Positions 1 through 9,219 of a stretch of DNA of 64,000 bases are shown here, one piece after another. The stretch comes from Candidatus Norongarragalinales archaeon (lineage in GTDB: Archaea > Micrarchaeota > Micrarchaeia > Norongarragalinales > Norongarragalinaceae), in NCBI GenBank assembly GCA_038884755.1, contig JAWABJ010000001.1, forward strand, positions 64,001 through 128,000. Reading direction: 5' to 3'. A model generated the notes under the pieces. That model did no database searches and had not been told where the DNA came from. It saw nothing but the letters and a program-made list of their open reading frames with translations. The position numbers were made by a program, and so were the translations under genes. The number at the start of each line of letters is the position of its first letter. Position 1 is the stretch's first letter.

Positions 1-2
1 GC

Positions 3-986
3 GCACCCAAAATTGCTATTGTCGGGGCCGGCGGAAGCGGAACGAACACTCTCAACCGCCTTGCGGAGCTCAGCGTCGCGGGCGCGAAGGTTTTTGCAAC
101 TAACACTGACGCCCAGCACTTGATGACCATCAAGGCTGACAAGAAGATTCTGATGGGCAAGATGAAGACCAAAGGCAGGGGTGCCGGAAGCAATCCTGAA
201 GTCGGCGAGGCTGCTGCCCTCGAAACGCGGGAGGAGTTCAAGAAAGCGTTGGAAGGATATGACTTGGTTTTCGTGACTTGCGGGCTTGGCGGCGGGACTG
301 GAACCGGAAGCGCGCATGTGATAGCTTCTTCTGCCAAGGAGAACGGCGCGCTCGTGATAGCGGTTGTCACCTTGCCGTTTACTTCCGAAGGCACCAAGCG
401 CATGCGCAACGCGATGGTAGGGTTGGAAAAGCTCAAGAAAGTCGCCGACACTTGCATAGTCATTCCAAACGACAAGCTGCTTTACTTTGTTGCTGACCTT
501 CCTTTGAATTCGGCGTTCAAGACGAGCGACATGGTGCTCGCGAATGCAGTCAAAGGAATAACCGAACTCATAACGAAACCTGGACTGGTGAACTTGGATT
601 TCGCCGACGTGCGCACCATCCTGGAAAAAAGCGGGAGTGCGATGATTGGGTTGGGGGAAGTTTCTACTCCCGACCAGCGCAACAAAGTGGTGCTTGCGGC
701 TGAAAAGGCGTTGAGTTCTCCGCTGTTGGACTTGGACATAAGGCAGGCGGACAAGGTTTTGATAAACATCACGGGCGGGAGCGACATGACTCTTGGCGAA
801 GCCGAGGCTGCGGTGCAGGCGATAGGCGCGAGAGTAGCGAAAGAAGCGCACATAATTTGGGGCGCGGCGGTCGACAACACGATGCAGAACACGAACGTGC
901 GAGTTCTTGCAGTTCTCGCTGGCATCAAGGACGAAGGAGCGCCCGGCGGGGAAGAGCAAGAGCCCATAGATTTGGAGTTCATTTGA
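3..986 (+). CDS. ftsZ: Cell division GTPase FtsZ (5' end outside window)
   Basis: Frame open from base 3 (APKIAIVGAGGSGTNTL...NTDAQHL); tubulin signature GLGGGTGTG; NLDFADVR; followed by secE-spt5 as in archaeal ftsZ1 loci. Confidence 0.97.
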   Translation, partial: APKIAIVGAGGSGTNTLNRLAELSVAGAKVFATNTDAQHLMTIKADKKILMGKMKTKGRGAGSNPEVGEAAALETREEFKKALEGYDLVFVTCGLGGGTGTGSAHVIASSAKENGALVIAVVTLPFTSEGTKRMRNAMVGLEKLKKVADTCIVIPNDKLLYFVADLPLNSAFKTSDMVLANAVKGITELITKPGLVNLDFADVRTILEKSGSAMIGLGEVSTPDQRNKVVLAAEKALSSPLLDLDIRQADKVLINITGGSDMTLGEAEAAVQAIGARVAKEAHIIWGAAVDNTMQNTNVRVLAVLAGIKDEGAPGGEEQEPIDLEFI

Positions 987-1038
987 TTTTTCTTTCTTTT
1001 TGAAAAGAAAGAAAACGGGAAAAGGTTTTTTTTTGAAA

Positions 1039-1227
1039 ATGGTTGACTTGAGCGGAATCGGGCAGGGCGTGAGCGGGTTCATCGAGCAGTCGCAGCGCGT
1101 CATAAGCATTACTTACAAGCCTAGGGACGTGGAGTTCAGGCAAATGGCTTTCACCACCGCGATAGGAATGCTTTTGCTCGGCGTGATAGGGTTCGTGATT
1201 ACGCTCGTTTCTTTCGTGTACCGTTGA
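1039..1227 (+). CDS. secE: Protein translocase subunit SecE/Sec61-gamma
   Basis: MVDLSG...RVISITYKPRDVEF followed by one TM helix (GMLLLGVIGFVI); conserved position between ftsZ and spt5. Confidence 0.92.
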   Translation: MVDLSGIGQGVSGFIEQSQRVISITYKPRDVEFRQMAFTTAIGMLLLGVIGFVITLVSFVYR

Positions 1228-1248
1228 TTGGGGAGTTGAAAAAACAAA

Positions 1249-1698
1249 ATGTTGTTCGCATACCGGGTTACCGCGGGGCAAGAGAGCATTGTCGCTGATT
1301 TGCTTTCCGAGAAAGTGCGCAAGTCGAGCGCGCCCATTCAGGCTATAATCGTTTCCCCCCGCTTGAAAGGGTATTTGATGGTGGAAGGGGCGGACCAGGC
1401 GGAAGTGAAAAAGCTCGTCGCAGGAGTTCCGCACGTCAAGGGGGTTTTGGCGAAGAGCATCGAGATAGGCGAAATCAAGGAGCTTTTGGAAAGCGCGCCA
1501 GTGGAAATCAACCTCGAGCGCGGGCAGCTCGTGGAAATAACGAGCGGGCCGTTCAAGGGAGAAAAGGCGAAGATAGTGCGCATCGACGAGGCGAAGGAAG
1601 ACGTGACTGTGGAGTTGGTGGAAGTGGCGGTGCCTATCCCTGTCACAATCAAGCTCGACACGATTAAAGTCTTGCCTCAAGGCCAGCAGCACGGCTGA
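1249..1698 (+). CDS. spt5: Transcription elongation factor Spt5/NusG
   Basis: NGN domain (VTAGQE, LKGYLMVE) plus KOW motif (VEITSGPFKGEKAKI). Confidence 0.96.
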   Translation: MLFAYRVTAGQESIVADLLSEKVRKSSAPIQAIIVSPRLKGYLMVEGADQAEVKKLVAGVPHVKGVLAKSIEIGEIKELLESAPVEINLERGQLVEITSGPFKGEKAKIVRIDEAKEDVTVELVEVAVPIPVTIKLDTIKVLPQGQQHG

Positions 1699-1701
1699 GC
1701 C

Positions 1702-3420
1702 TCACGCGCTTTTGATGCATTCGGGGATTATTCTCCTTGCAACAGCAAACCCGTTTTTGATTCCGTTCCTGCAGATGTTTCCATAAACCACTTTTCCCTT
1801 GCTGGAGCTTGCGTGAATCATGGTGCACTCGCCGTAAGGCGCGTTCGGAATAGCGTTTCCAACGTAAAGCATCACGTGGCTCATAGTCTGCCACGAATAT
1901 CTTTTTCGGTTGGGGTTCACCCGCAGGAAAAGCAAATCTCCCGGAACTATGTCTTTCCGGTTTACGGCAACGCCTTTGGTCGCCTGGAGCGTTGCGAGGT
2001 GCGCGAGCGGAATTCCTATTTTCTGGTAGGCTTTCAGCGTCAATCCCGAGCAATCCACTCCCCTCGTTATGCTTTCGCCACCCCAAACGTACGGGAGGTT
2101 CAAGTACCTCTGGGCTTCCTTGATTACCTTTTGCGCCTGCTCTTGGCATTTGGACGTGGTTTTTTTGTTTTCGGGGTTGCTGACAGGCTCTAGTTCGGAG
2201 GAAACAGAATTAAATTCCTCGAGGCTCACTTGCCGTTCGTAATCCCGCTTTTCTTCTGGCGTGGTTTCAACGTGGTTGACCTTCACGACTATCGGAATGC
2301 TTTTGCTTTCCGCCTGTAGCCTCGAAAAGAAGACGAATAGTTTGTTTTGCGATTCGTCGAAGTCGAAAAACCCGTACTCGTCCGTGTCCCTGCTGGCGAA
2401 GTCGGCGTTGATTTCGAAAGAGTATTGTGTTGGCGTCGTTTGCCTGGTGGTTACCTGAAGGTAGTCTTTACCATCGCCTTCAACCCTTACTAGCGCAGAA
2501 CCCAAGTCGACCTTGGATTCAGCGGTGAATTCCAGGACGTCGGTCGGTTCGTCCTCGCTTATTTCGAGGATTACCGATTGAGGCAGCTGTGGGAATTCGA
2601 ATCCAGTGATGTCGGTTTGCTGGCTTTGCCGGGTTATGTTGGCCTGCGTTTGCTTGAGGCGGTCGAGAAAACTTTGGGGCGGCGGCGTTGGTGAACCCGA
2701 GGGGGAGACGATAGTCGCAGGAGTCGGGGTTGCCGAAGCCTCGTCTTTCGCTTTCTTCACTTCGTCCAGAAACTCGCCCAACCCTTTCGCGGTTTCCTCG
2801 ACGGTATTCTCGTTTTGCCTTGCTTTGAGCATGGCTTCGTTGAGCTTTTCCTCGAAAACCTCCCTTTCGTCGTCTTCCATGCGCTCCAACAGAGAGCTTG
2901 CCTTGCGCAAGACTGGCTCGAGGGTTTTCTTTTCCTCTTCGCTCAATCCTTTCGGCGAGAAAACGTGGATGGGCTTTTTGGCTATGGGGAACAAAGTGAA
3001 TTTTTTGCTTTCAGTCTTGCGCTCGAAAGACTGTCCCGGTCCGAGCGTAATCGCAGTATGCCTCAAGACCGGCGGTTCGCTGTTGTCGAAAAACGTGGTT
3101 TTCGCTTCAGCCCGCTCGGAGTTCGCGAAAAACACTTCCTGCGAGTTTTCGGCTACAGACGGAGGAATGACGTCTATCACTCCGAACTCGACGCCTTGCG
3201 TGCCTTGATTTTCGTAAACCACAACGTCCCCCGTGGGGGTGAAAGTTTTTTTGACTGCGACGGCCTGCCCGTCGATGGAATAGTTTTTCCCTTCGGGGGT
3301 TTTTTGCTTTGACGTCTCCAAAACAGGAGGACTGGGGTTGAGGATTGCAAGCAAGGCGAGCAGAACGAAGAAAATTGCGATGCCAACTTTGTAGTCGGAA
3401 AGTTGCATAGCATTCAACAC
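1702..3420 (-). CDS. Membrane-anchored protein with C-terminal NlpC/P60 (C40) cysteine peptidase domain
   Basis: N-terminal hydrophobic anchor; P/T/S linker; C-terminal PYVWGG...DCSGL...PGDLLF...SHVMLYVG...MIHASS with Cys-His-His triad. Confidence 0.9.
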   Translation of the reverse strand: MLNAMQLSDYKVGIAIFFVLLALLAILNPSPPVLETSKQKTPEGKNYSIDGQAVAVKKTFTPTGDVVVYENQGTQGVEFGVIDVIPPSVAENSQEVFFANSERAEAKTTFFDNSEPPVLRHTAITLGPGQSFERKTESKKFTLFPIAKKPIHVFSPKGLSEEEKKTLEPVLRKASSLLERMEDDEREVFEEKLNEAMLKARQNENTVEETAKGLGEFLDEVKKAKDEASATPTPATIVSPSGSPTPPPQSFLDRLKQTQANITRQSQQTDITGFEFPQLPQSVILEISEDEPTDVLEFTAESKVDLGSALVRVEGDGKDYLQVTTRQTTPTQYSFEINADFASRDTDEYGFFDFDESQNKLFVFFSRLQAESKSIPIVVKVNHVETTPEEKRDYERQVSLEEFNSVSSELEPVSNPENKKTTSKCQEQAQKVIKEAQRYLNLPYVWGGESITRGVDCSGLTLKAYQKIGIPLAHLATLQATKGVAVNRKDIVPGDLLFLRVNPNRKRYSWQTMSHVMLYVGNAIPNAPYGECTMIHASSSKGKVVYGNICRNGIKNGFAVARRIIPECIKSA

Positions 3421-3539
3421 TCAAAACAAAGTCTTAAATAATTGCTTTGGGCAAGTTTTGTTGCAGCTTCTATTATTTCGAATGCGTTGTTAGATAGTTT
3501 AGTTTGGAGTTTTGAATTTCAAAAAAGGTGTTTGCACAT

Positions 3540-4034
3540 ATGGCGAGACAGACGATTGCGGCGATGGTTGAAGGCGGGAAAGCGAGCGCAGCCCCTCCTT
3601 TGGGTCCGGCTCTCGGGCCAAGCGGATTGAACATTGGCGAAGTCATTGCTAAAATCAACGAGAGGACGAAAGATTTCGCTGGGATGCAGGTTCCCATTAA
3701 AGTGATTTTTGAAAAAGGCAGCAAGACTTTCGAAATCGAAGTTGGAACGCCTCCAACGAGCGCGTTGGTGAAGAAAGAACTTGGCATCAACGCGCCGGTG
3801 AAGGAAGAGGCGGGAGTGAAAGGAAAGAAGACAATCGGAAACCTGAGCATAACGCAAATAGTGAAGATTGCGAACATGAAGCGCGATTCTTCGCTCGCTA
3901 CCACTCTCAAGCAGCAGGCGAAGGAAGTTGCCGGAACGTGCTTGAGTTTAGGAGTCACAATTGAGGGGAAGAATGCGCGAGAATTTATTAAGGTAGTAAA
4001 TGAAGGGTTGTTCGACTCGCAACTGGCGGGCTAG
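3540..4034 (+). CDS. rpl11: 50S ribosomal protein uL11
   Basis: GGKASAAPPLGPALGP and FEIEVGTPPTSALVKKE motifs. Confidence 0.97.
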   Translation: MARQTIAAMVEGGKASAAPPLGPALGPSGLNIGEVIAKINERTKDFAGMQVPIKVIFEKGSKTFEIEVGTPPTSALVKKELGINAPVKEEAGVKGKKTIGNLSITQIVKIANMKRDSSLATTLKQQAKEVAGTCLSLGVTIEGKNAREFIKVVNEGLFDSQLAG

Positions 4035-4067
4035 TGTTTTTATTTTCGTTCGACTCCTATTTTTCTC

Positions 4068-4781
4068 ATGCCAAAATCGGAAGGTCCGCGACTCGAATTT
4101 GTGGAATTGTTTCCTCACGTTGGCTTGAAATCTCGTGGTAGGGTAAAGCAAGCACTAACCTCGTTTTTAAACCACCATTCGGAAGAGCAGGCGAAAAGAC
4201 TAGCAGCTTTTATTGGCGCGCACGTGTTGCACGGAAAAAGATTGAATCAAGAACGAGTAACGAGTTTTTACAAGCACGTTGGATTTTTCATTGAAAACCC
4301 TCAAGCTGTTGACGCAGTTCGAACTCTTGTCGGAGAGGCAAATGCGGTTGTTGGAAGCATGAACGCGTTCAAGAGAGACATGCAGCTATCCAAGGCAGAA
4401 GAGCGGGCGCGTCATCTACAAAGCGGGCACACTCTCGAATCTAGTTTGATAGAGTTTTCAAAACTACTTGCAAACCACTTGTCGAGCTACGGCGTCAGCG
4501 AGCAAGCCCTAAACCATTTTGCTCCTAAAGATCCCGTTGCAATCATGAGGACGCTTACTCTAGCCCGAGTTGATAGAAAGCACTTTCGAGGCCGAGAAGA
4601 TGCGATAGCATGTAATCCGTTAGAAAAAGACCGGCGCGAGAGCTGGAAGTATTACTTGAACCAAAAATTTTCCAAGGGCATTTCTCAACGTTTGTCTAAT
4701 CTTTTTGAAAACTCTAAGTCTTTCTTTCCCGTGGTTTTAAGCAAAAAAGCAAAGCCAAAACAATACGGCTTGTTTGATTAG
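4068..4781 (+). CDS. Hypothetical orphan protein inserted between rpl11 and rpl1
   Basis: 237-aa ORF filling the gap; visibly more AT-rich than neighbours; no recognisable motif. Confidence 0.7.
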   Translation: MPKSEGPRLEFVELFPHVGLKSRGRVKQALTSFLNHHSEEQAKRLAAFIGAHVLHGKRLNQERVTSFYKHVGFFIENPQAVDAVRTLVGEANAVVGSMNAFKRDMQLSKAEERARHLQSGHTLESSLIEFSKLLANHLSSYGVSEQALNHFAPKDPVAIMRTLTLARVDRKHFRGREDAIACNPLEKDRRESWKYYLNQKFSKGISQRLSNLFENSKSFFPVVLSKKAKPKQYGLFD

Positions 4782-4814
4782 GCCTAAGCCAAACGCTAGG
4801 GAAGTTTCGCTAGG

Positions 4815-4996
4815 GAAAAGGTTTTAAATCCCCGGGCGAAAGTTATTTTCTGCTCGTTTTCCCGTTACTGGCGAAAGCTTAAGCCTGAGCTTTCGCAAAT
4901 CACTGTCTTCGAGTGAAGCCAGGAGGGGCGGCAAAGCTTTGCTTTGCAACTGCTTTAAGGAAAACCGGGTTTCCACAGAGCTTAAAGTGCATTAAA
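4815..4996 (+). promoter_or_regulatory. BRE/TATA promoter and structured 5' leader of rpl1-rpl10-rpl12
   Basis: GAAAAG-GTTTTAAAT at ~4815-4829; inverted repeats 4871-4879/4888-4896, 4900-4904/4912-4916, 4931-4937/4941-4947, 4953-4959/4981-4987. Confidence 0.55.
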
Positions 4997-5653
4997 ATGG
5001 TTTTGCTGGACAAGAAGAGTGCGGACAATGCTTTAGCCGAAGCTATCGCGCAAAAGGGCGAGAAGAAGTTCGTGCAAAGCATCGACCTAGCAATTAATTT
5101 TCAGGACGTCGATTTCAAGAAGCAAGAGGGGAGGATAAACCTCGAAGTCATTCTCCCGTTCGAGCCCAAACCTTCGCGCGTTTGCGTTTTCGCCGACGGC
5201 CAGCAGGGGCTGGATGCGAAGAAGGCCGGGGCGGATTTGGTGGTTTCTTCAGCCGAGATAGACTCTTACGCGAAGGACAAGAAAAAACTCGGCGAGCTTT
5301 TGGAGTACTCGTTGCTTGCAGTGCCGCAGCTCATGGTTCCCATTGGAAAGTCCTTGGGCAAAGTGCTGGGCGCGAGGGGAAAAACGCCGAAACCCATTCC
5401 GCCGAATGCGAACTTGCAGAATTTGGTTTCTTCGGCAAAGCGCAGCTTGACGCTCAAGGCGAAGGGAAAATTCCTTCCCAGCGTGCACTGCATCGTGGGC
5501 AAGGAAAACATGCCCCGAGAGCAAATTTTGGAGAACATTCTCGCCGTTTTCGCTGCAATAGAGCGGCAGGGTTTCGACAAGAACGTGAAAAGCGTTTTCG
5601 TCAAGACGACTATGGGCAAGCCCGTGAAGCTGGGCGCGGCGAAAGCAGCGTAA
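4997..5653 (+). CDS. rpl1: 50S ribosomal protein uL1
   Basis: KKFVQSIDLAINF, LGKVLGARGKTPKP and VFVKTTMGKPVK motifs; ATG at 4997. Confidence 0.96.
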   Translation: MVLLDKKSADNALAEAIAQKGEKKFVQSIDLAINFQDVDFKKQEGRINLEVILPFEPKPSRVCVFADGQQGLDAKKAGADLVVSSAEIDSYAKDKKKLGELLEYSLLAVPQLMVPIGKSLGKVLGARGKTPKPIPPNANLQNLVSSAKRSLTLKAKGKFLPSVHCIVGKENMPREQILENILAVFAAIERQGFDKNVKSVFVKTTMGKPVKLGAAKAA

Positions 5654-5666
5654 AGGGTCGTAAAAA

Positions 5667-6503
5667 ATGGTTTCTAAGCAGGAAAAACATGGCATCGTGC
5701 TGAAAGTCAAGGAAGAGTCTAAAAGGCATTCCGTGATTGCCGTTGCTTCGATAGATTCGCTTCCGTCACGCAATTACAGTGCGATAAAGAAAAAGCTGCG
5801 CGGGCAGGCGGACATTGTTTTCGCTAGGCACACGCTTTTGAAAATGGCTTTGGAGGAAGGGAAGCCCGAGGCGAAGGAATTGCTTTCTTTTTTGGGCAAC
5901 GGCGGGGTTTTGGTTTTTACTTCGCTTCCTGCGTTCAAGCTTTACAAGCTGTTCAAGCAGAACAAGAGCAAGTCGGCCGCAAAACCGGGACAGGTTGCTC
6001 CTTACGACATTATCATTCCCGCTGGGGAAACCAATCTTGCCCCAGGGCCAGTGCTTACCGAATTGAAACAGGCAAAAATCGACGCCAAAATCCAGGGAAC
6101 AAAAGTAGTAATCGCGAAAGATGCTGTTGTGGCGAAGAAGGGCGACGTTATTTCCGACCAGGCGGCCAAGATTCTGGTAAAGCTCGGCGTGCAGCCGATG
6201 GAAATAGGCATTGACGTGAAGGCAGTTTGGGACAACGGCCTACTCTACACGCAAGACGTTTTGGATGTGGACGAGGTTGCTTTCACCGAGAGCTTGAAGC
6301 AGGCTCACGCGCAGGCAATAAACCTCGCAGTGTTCGCGGGAATAATGAACGAAGCGACAGCGCAAATAATAATCGCCAAGGCGGCTCGCGAGGCGAACGC
6401 TTTGCAGAAACTGGTAGGCTCGAAGTCCGCCGCTCCTGCGCCGGCCGAAACTCCCGCAACGCAGGAAAGCCAGGCGACGGCGGAACCCGCCCCCGCACAG
6501 TAA
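5667..6503 (+). CDS. rpl10: 50S ribosomal protein uL10 (P0)
   Basis: AKPGQVAPYDIIIPAGETNLAPGP; position in L1-L10-L12 operon. Confidence 0.96.
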   Translation: MVSKQEKHGIVLKVKEESKRHSVIAVASIDSLPSRNYSAIKKKLRGQADIVFARHTLLKMALEEGKPEAKELLSFLGNGGVLVFTSLPAFKLYKLFKQNKSKSAAKPGQVAPYDIIIPAGETNLAPGPVLTELKQAKIDAKIQGTKVVIAKDAVVAKKGDVISDQAAKILVKLGVQPMEIGIDVKAVWDNGLLYTQDVLDVDEVAFTESLKQAHAQAINLAVFAGIMNEATAQIIIAKAAREANALQKLVGSKSAAPAPAETPATQESQATAEPAPAQ

Positions 6504-6532
6504 AACCGTGATTTTAGGAGTGTGAATGAAAA

Positions 6533-6826
6533 ATGAAGGACGTATACGCGGCTTTGCTCCTGCACAGTGCAGGCCAGCCCATAAGCGAGGAAAACGTCTC
6601 CAAAGTGTTGAGCGCGGCAGGCGTCAAGGAAGACGCTACGAAAGTCAAGGCGCTAGTAGCTGCTTTGGAAGGCGTTAACATCGAAGAGGCTGTGAAGCAA
6701 GCGGCTTTCGCGCCGGTTGCTGCTGCGCCCGCAGGCGAAGCCAAGAAGGAAGAGAAGAAGGACGAGGTCAGCGAAGAGAAGAAGGAAGAAGAAGCCGCTG
6801 CCGGTCTTGCTGCTTTGTTCGGTTGA
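6533..6826 (+). CDS. rpl12: Ribosomal stalk protein P1/aL12
   Basis: [10 protein letters not shown], Ala-rich hinge, acidic tail ending GLAALFG. Confidence 0.97.
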   Translation: MKDVYAALLLHSAGQPISEENVSKVLSAAGVKEDATKVKALVAALEGVNIEEAVKQAAFAPVAAAPAGEAKKEEKKDEVSEEKKEEEAAAGLAALFG

Positions 6827-6832
6827 AAACCC

Positions 6833-6851
6833 TTTTTTTTTCAGTTTTTTC
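6833..6851 (+). terminator. Oligo-T terminator of ribosomal operon
   Basis: TTTTTTTTTCAGTTTTTTC directly after the rpl12 stop. Confidence 0.6.
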
Positions 6852-7077
6852 AACCCGAACAATCTCAAGGCTATTCCTATTGCTATTTCTAAAACGGTTA
6901 AACTCGAAGTTTCTAAAGTGCTTTCAATAGTTTTGCAAAGCTTTCGTTAAGCTCTATTCTCTCCTTAAGGGCTTTGAAAGGCGTGAGCCACTAGGGTTCC
7001 GAAAAGTTTTCTTTCGAGTTGTCGTGGAAAGACAATTCCGACAAGTCTTTGCACGAGCATTCTTTTCTTGAGATGGT

Positions 7078-7491
7078 TCAGCCTGCTTTGCTTGCAGGCT
7101 GGCCGGGCAAGTTCATTATGCGCGTGCGCGGCACGTTGACGGGCGCGGAAACGTTGATGCCGAAAGCCAAGAGCGTTCCAACCGTGCTCGTTATATAGTT
7201 TATAGCCATGAGCACTTCCTCGGCTATTTCGTTGGGCATTTGCTTGGTTTTCTTCCACTCTTCGGTCATTTTCTTTCTTTCCTTGTCGTCAGCCTCGGCG
7301 TAAACCACGCCTTTGATGCGCATTTTGGCGTAATTGTCCTTGTACGTAGTGGCGTGTTCGAAGTGCAGTTCCAGGCGCTTGTCGACTTCCTTCAAGTCCG
7401 TTACTTGAATGTTTATGTCGTAACCCTTGAACTCGTTTCCATCGAGCTTTTCGGCGCCCAGCGATATTACCCTTCCACCGTTTACTTTCAT
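7078..7491 (-). CDS. Conserved archaeal hypothetical protein, possibly SecB-like fold
   Basis: Beta-rich N-half (INIQVTDL...LELHFEHATTY...MRIKGVVY), helices, Pro-rich end (SAPVNVP); SD-like GGAGG upstream. Confidence 0.6.
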   Translation of the reverse strand: MKVNGGRVISLGAEKLDGNEFKGYDINIQVTDLKEVDKRLELHFEHATTYKDNYAKMRIKGVVYAEADDKERKKMTEEWKKTKQMPNEIAEEVLMAINYITSTVGTLLAFGINVSAPVNVPRTRIMNLPGQPASKAG

Positions 7492-7591
7492 CGCAATCCA
7501 AACCTCCGTTAAAATGAATGTTTTGTTGCAACAGAAACAGCTTTGCTTGGAACAAAGTGTTCGGCTTTAATTATTTGGTTGCAGCGCGTTT

Positions 7592-8266
7592 TTATAAGCT
7601 AACGGTTTCGCCCACTTTCAAAACAACGGGGTTGGTTTTGGTCGAAATGGAAACGCGCCTGGCGAAATCTTCTGCGCTTGCTTTTATTCGGTCGAAAGTG
7701 TTGTAGTGCATTGGAATAGCGTTCTTCGCGCGCATTCTCTTAAGCGAGGTTACGGCCCCGATGATGTCCATGGTAAACGTGCCCCCGATGGGCACCAACG
7801 CCGTCTTCACGTCTACGCTTGCAAGATCGTAAAAATCATAAGTGTCGCCCGCGTGGTAGAGCGTTTCTCTCCCCACGCCGATGATGTAGCCTACTGGGTA
7901 TACTGATTGCGGGTGTTTTGCCGGCGTAACGCTTATTTGCGTTCCCATTAGAGTGAATGAATCGCCTTCCTGCACGGGCACGCGCGAGCGTGCCGGGACG
8001 TCGAGCAAAGCGAGGGTTTCTTCCGGCGCTACGACTTGCGCTAGCGTTCTTGATTGTATGACGCCCACGCTATAGGGGTCGCAGTGGTCGAAATGCTCGT
8101 GCGTCAGGAGAATCAAGTCGCATTTCGTGATTTGGTTGGGCGCGAGGGCGGGGGGTATCAAGCGTTCAAGCTGCCTCGGTTTAGAGTCGAGCCACGGGTC
8201 TATCAAAATAGTGCGGGGGCCCATTTCCACCAGAAAGCTCGAATGCCCGATGTAGGTTACGTTCAT
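7592..8266 (-). CDS. Metallo-beta-lactamase fold hydrolase (UPF0173-like)
   Basis: GHSSF, IDPW, THEHFDH, HAGDT and PMHYNTF motifs. Confidence 0.92.
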   Translation of the reverse strand: MNVTYIGHSSFLVEMGPRTILIDPWLDSKPRQLERLIPPALAPNQITKCDLILLTHEHFDHCDPYSVGVIQSRTLAQVVAPEETLALLDVPARSRVPVQEGDSFTLMGTQISVTPAKHPQSVYPVGYIIGVGRETLYHAGDTYDFYDLASVDVKTALVPIGGTFTMDIIGAVTSLKRMRAKNAIPMHYNTFDRIKASAEDFARRVSISTKTNPVVLKVGETVSL

Positions 8267-8333
8267 TTTTTTTTGCCTTTTCGAAAGTCGTTTCAGAACA
8301 ATCTTTAATAGCATCCGTCCGTTAAAAAAAGGT

Positions 8334-9173
8334 ATGTCTAGGGGCGTGGTTTTCGGGCCCGGCGGAGTGCCCATACAGTGCAAGGGCGGCAGCATGGCCG
8401 AGGGCGTGCTCTTCACAAAGCGCTTGGGTTTGGGTGCGATTGAGTGGGAATTGGTTCACGGCGCCAAGGTGAAGCAGGAAACTGCTGAAAAAGTAGGCTT
8501 GGCAATAAAAGAAACGCGATTGCGTTTGAGCGCTCACGCGCCTTACTACATTTCACTTATTTCCCACGAGCATCCCAAACGCAAGAAAAGCTACGAGTAC
8601 GTTTTGGATACTGCCAGGGCGGTGCACTATGCTGGCGGAGGGCGGGTGGTTTTTCATCCTGGCTTTTACGGGAAGTGGGACAAGAAGAAGGCGTTCGAGG
8701 AGATGAAAGGAGAATTCGTGTTTTTGCTTGAGGAAATTAAAAAACAAAAACTCAACGCCTCGCTTTGGCCTGAAGTGACGGGAAAGCTTTCGGCTTGGGG
8801 CTCTCTGGAAGAGCTTTTGGAAATGCGCTCGCAAGTCAAAGGCATCGGGGTGTGCATAGATTTTTCGCACGTGCACGCGCGTTCTCAAGGCGGTTTGGAC
8901 TCGAAAAAGGATTTCGAGAAAACGTTCGATTTGCTTGAAAGCTATGGCCGCGGGATTCTCGACGAAATGCACGCGCACTTCCAGAGCGTAAGGTACGGTG
9001 CGAAGGGCGAGCTTTCGCACTTGGAAATAAGCGAAGACAGCCCTCCTTGGAAGCCGTTCGTGGAGATGCTTGTCGAGAGAAATTGTGGGGGGACGATCAT
9101 TTGCGAAAGCCCGGTTTTGGAGGCCGATGCGTTGCGCATGCAGAAATACTACTCTTCCCTTGCTGGAAAGTGA
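8334..9173 (+). CDS. nfo: Endonuclease IV / AP endonuclease family 2 (TIM barrel)
   Basis: SAHAPYYISL, VVFHPG, PEVTGK, CIDFSHVHAR, IICESP. Confidence 0.9.
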   Translation: MSRGVVFGPGGVPIQCKGGSMAEGVLFTKRLGLGAIEWELVHGAKVKQETAEKVGLAIKETRLRLSAHAPYYISLISHEHPKRKKSYEYVLDTARAVHYAGGGRVVFHPGFYGKWDKKKAFEEMKGEFVFLLEEIKKQKLNASLWPEVTGKLSAWGSLEELLEMRSQVKGIGVCIDFSHVHARSQGGLDSKKDFEKTFDLLESYGRGILDEMHAHFQSVRYGAKGELSHLEISEDSPPWKPFVEMLVERNCGGTIICESPVLEADALRMQKYYSSLAGK

Positions 9174-9219
9174 AAAACGCGCTCCATCTGTTTTTAAACT
9201 TTAATTCGCTATTTTTGTC

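Noticed and set aside
6851..7077. Small gene or pseudogene between rpl12 and the SecB-like gene
   Set aside because: Only short frames broken by stops and no recognisable motif; cannot be supported
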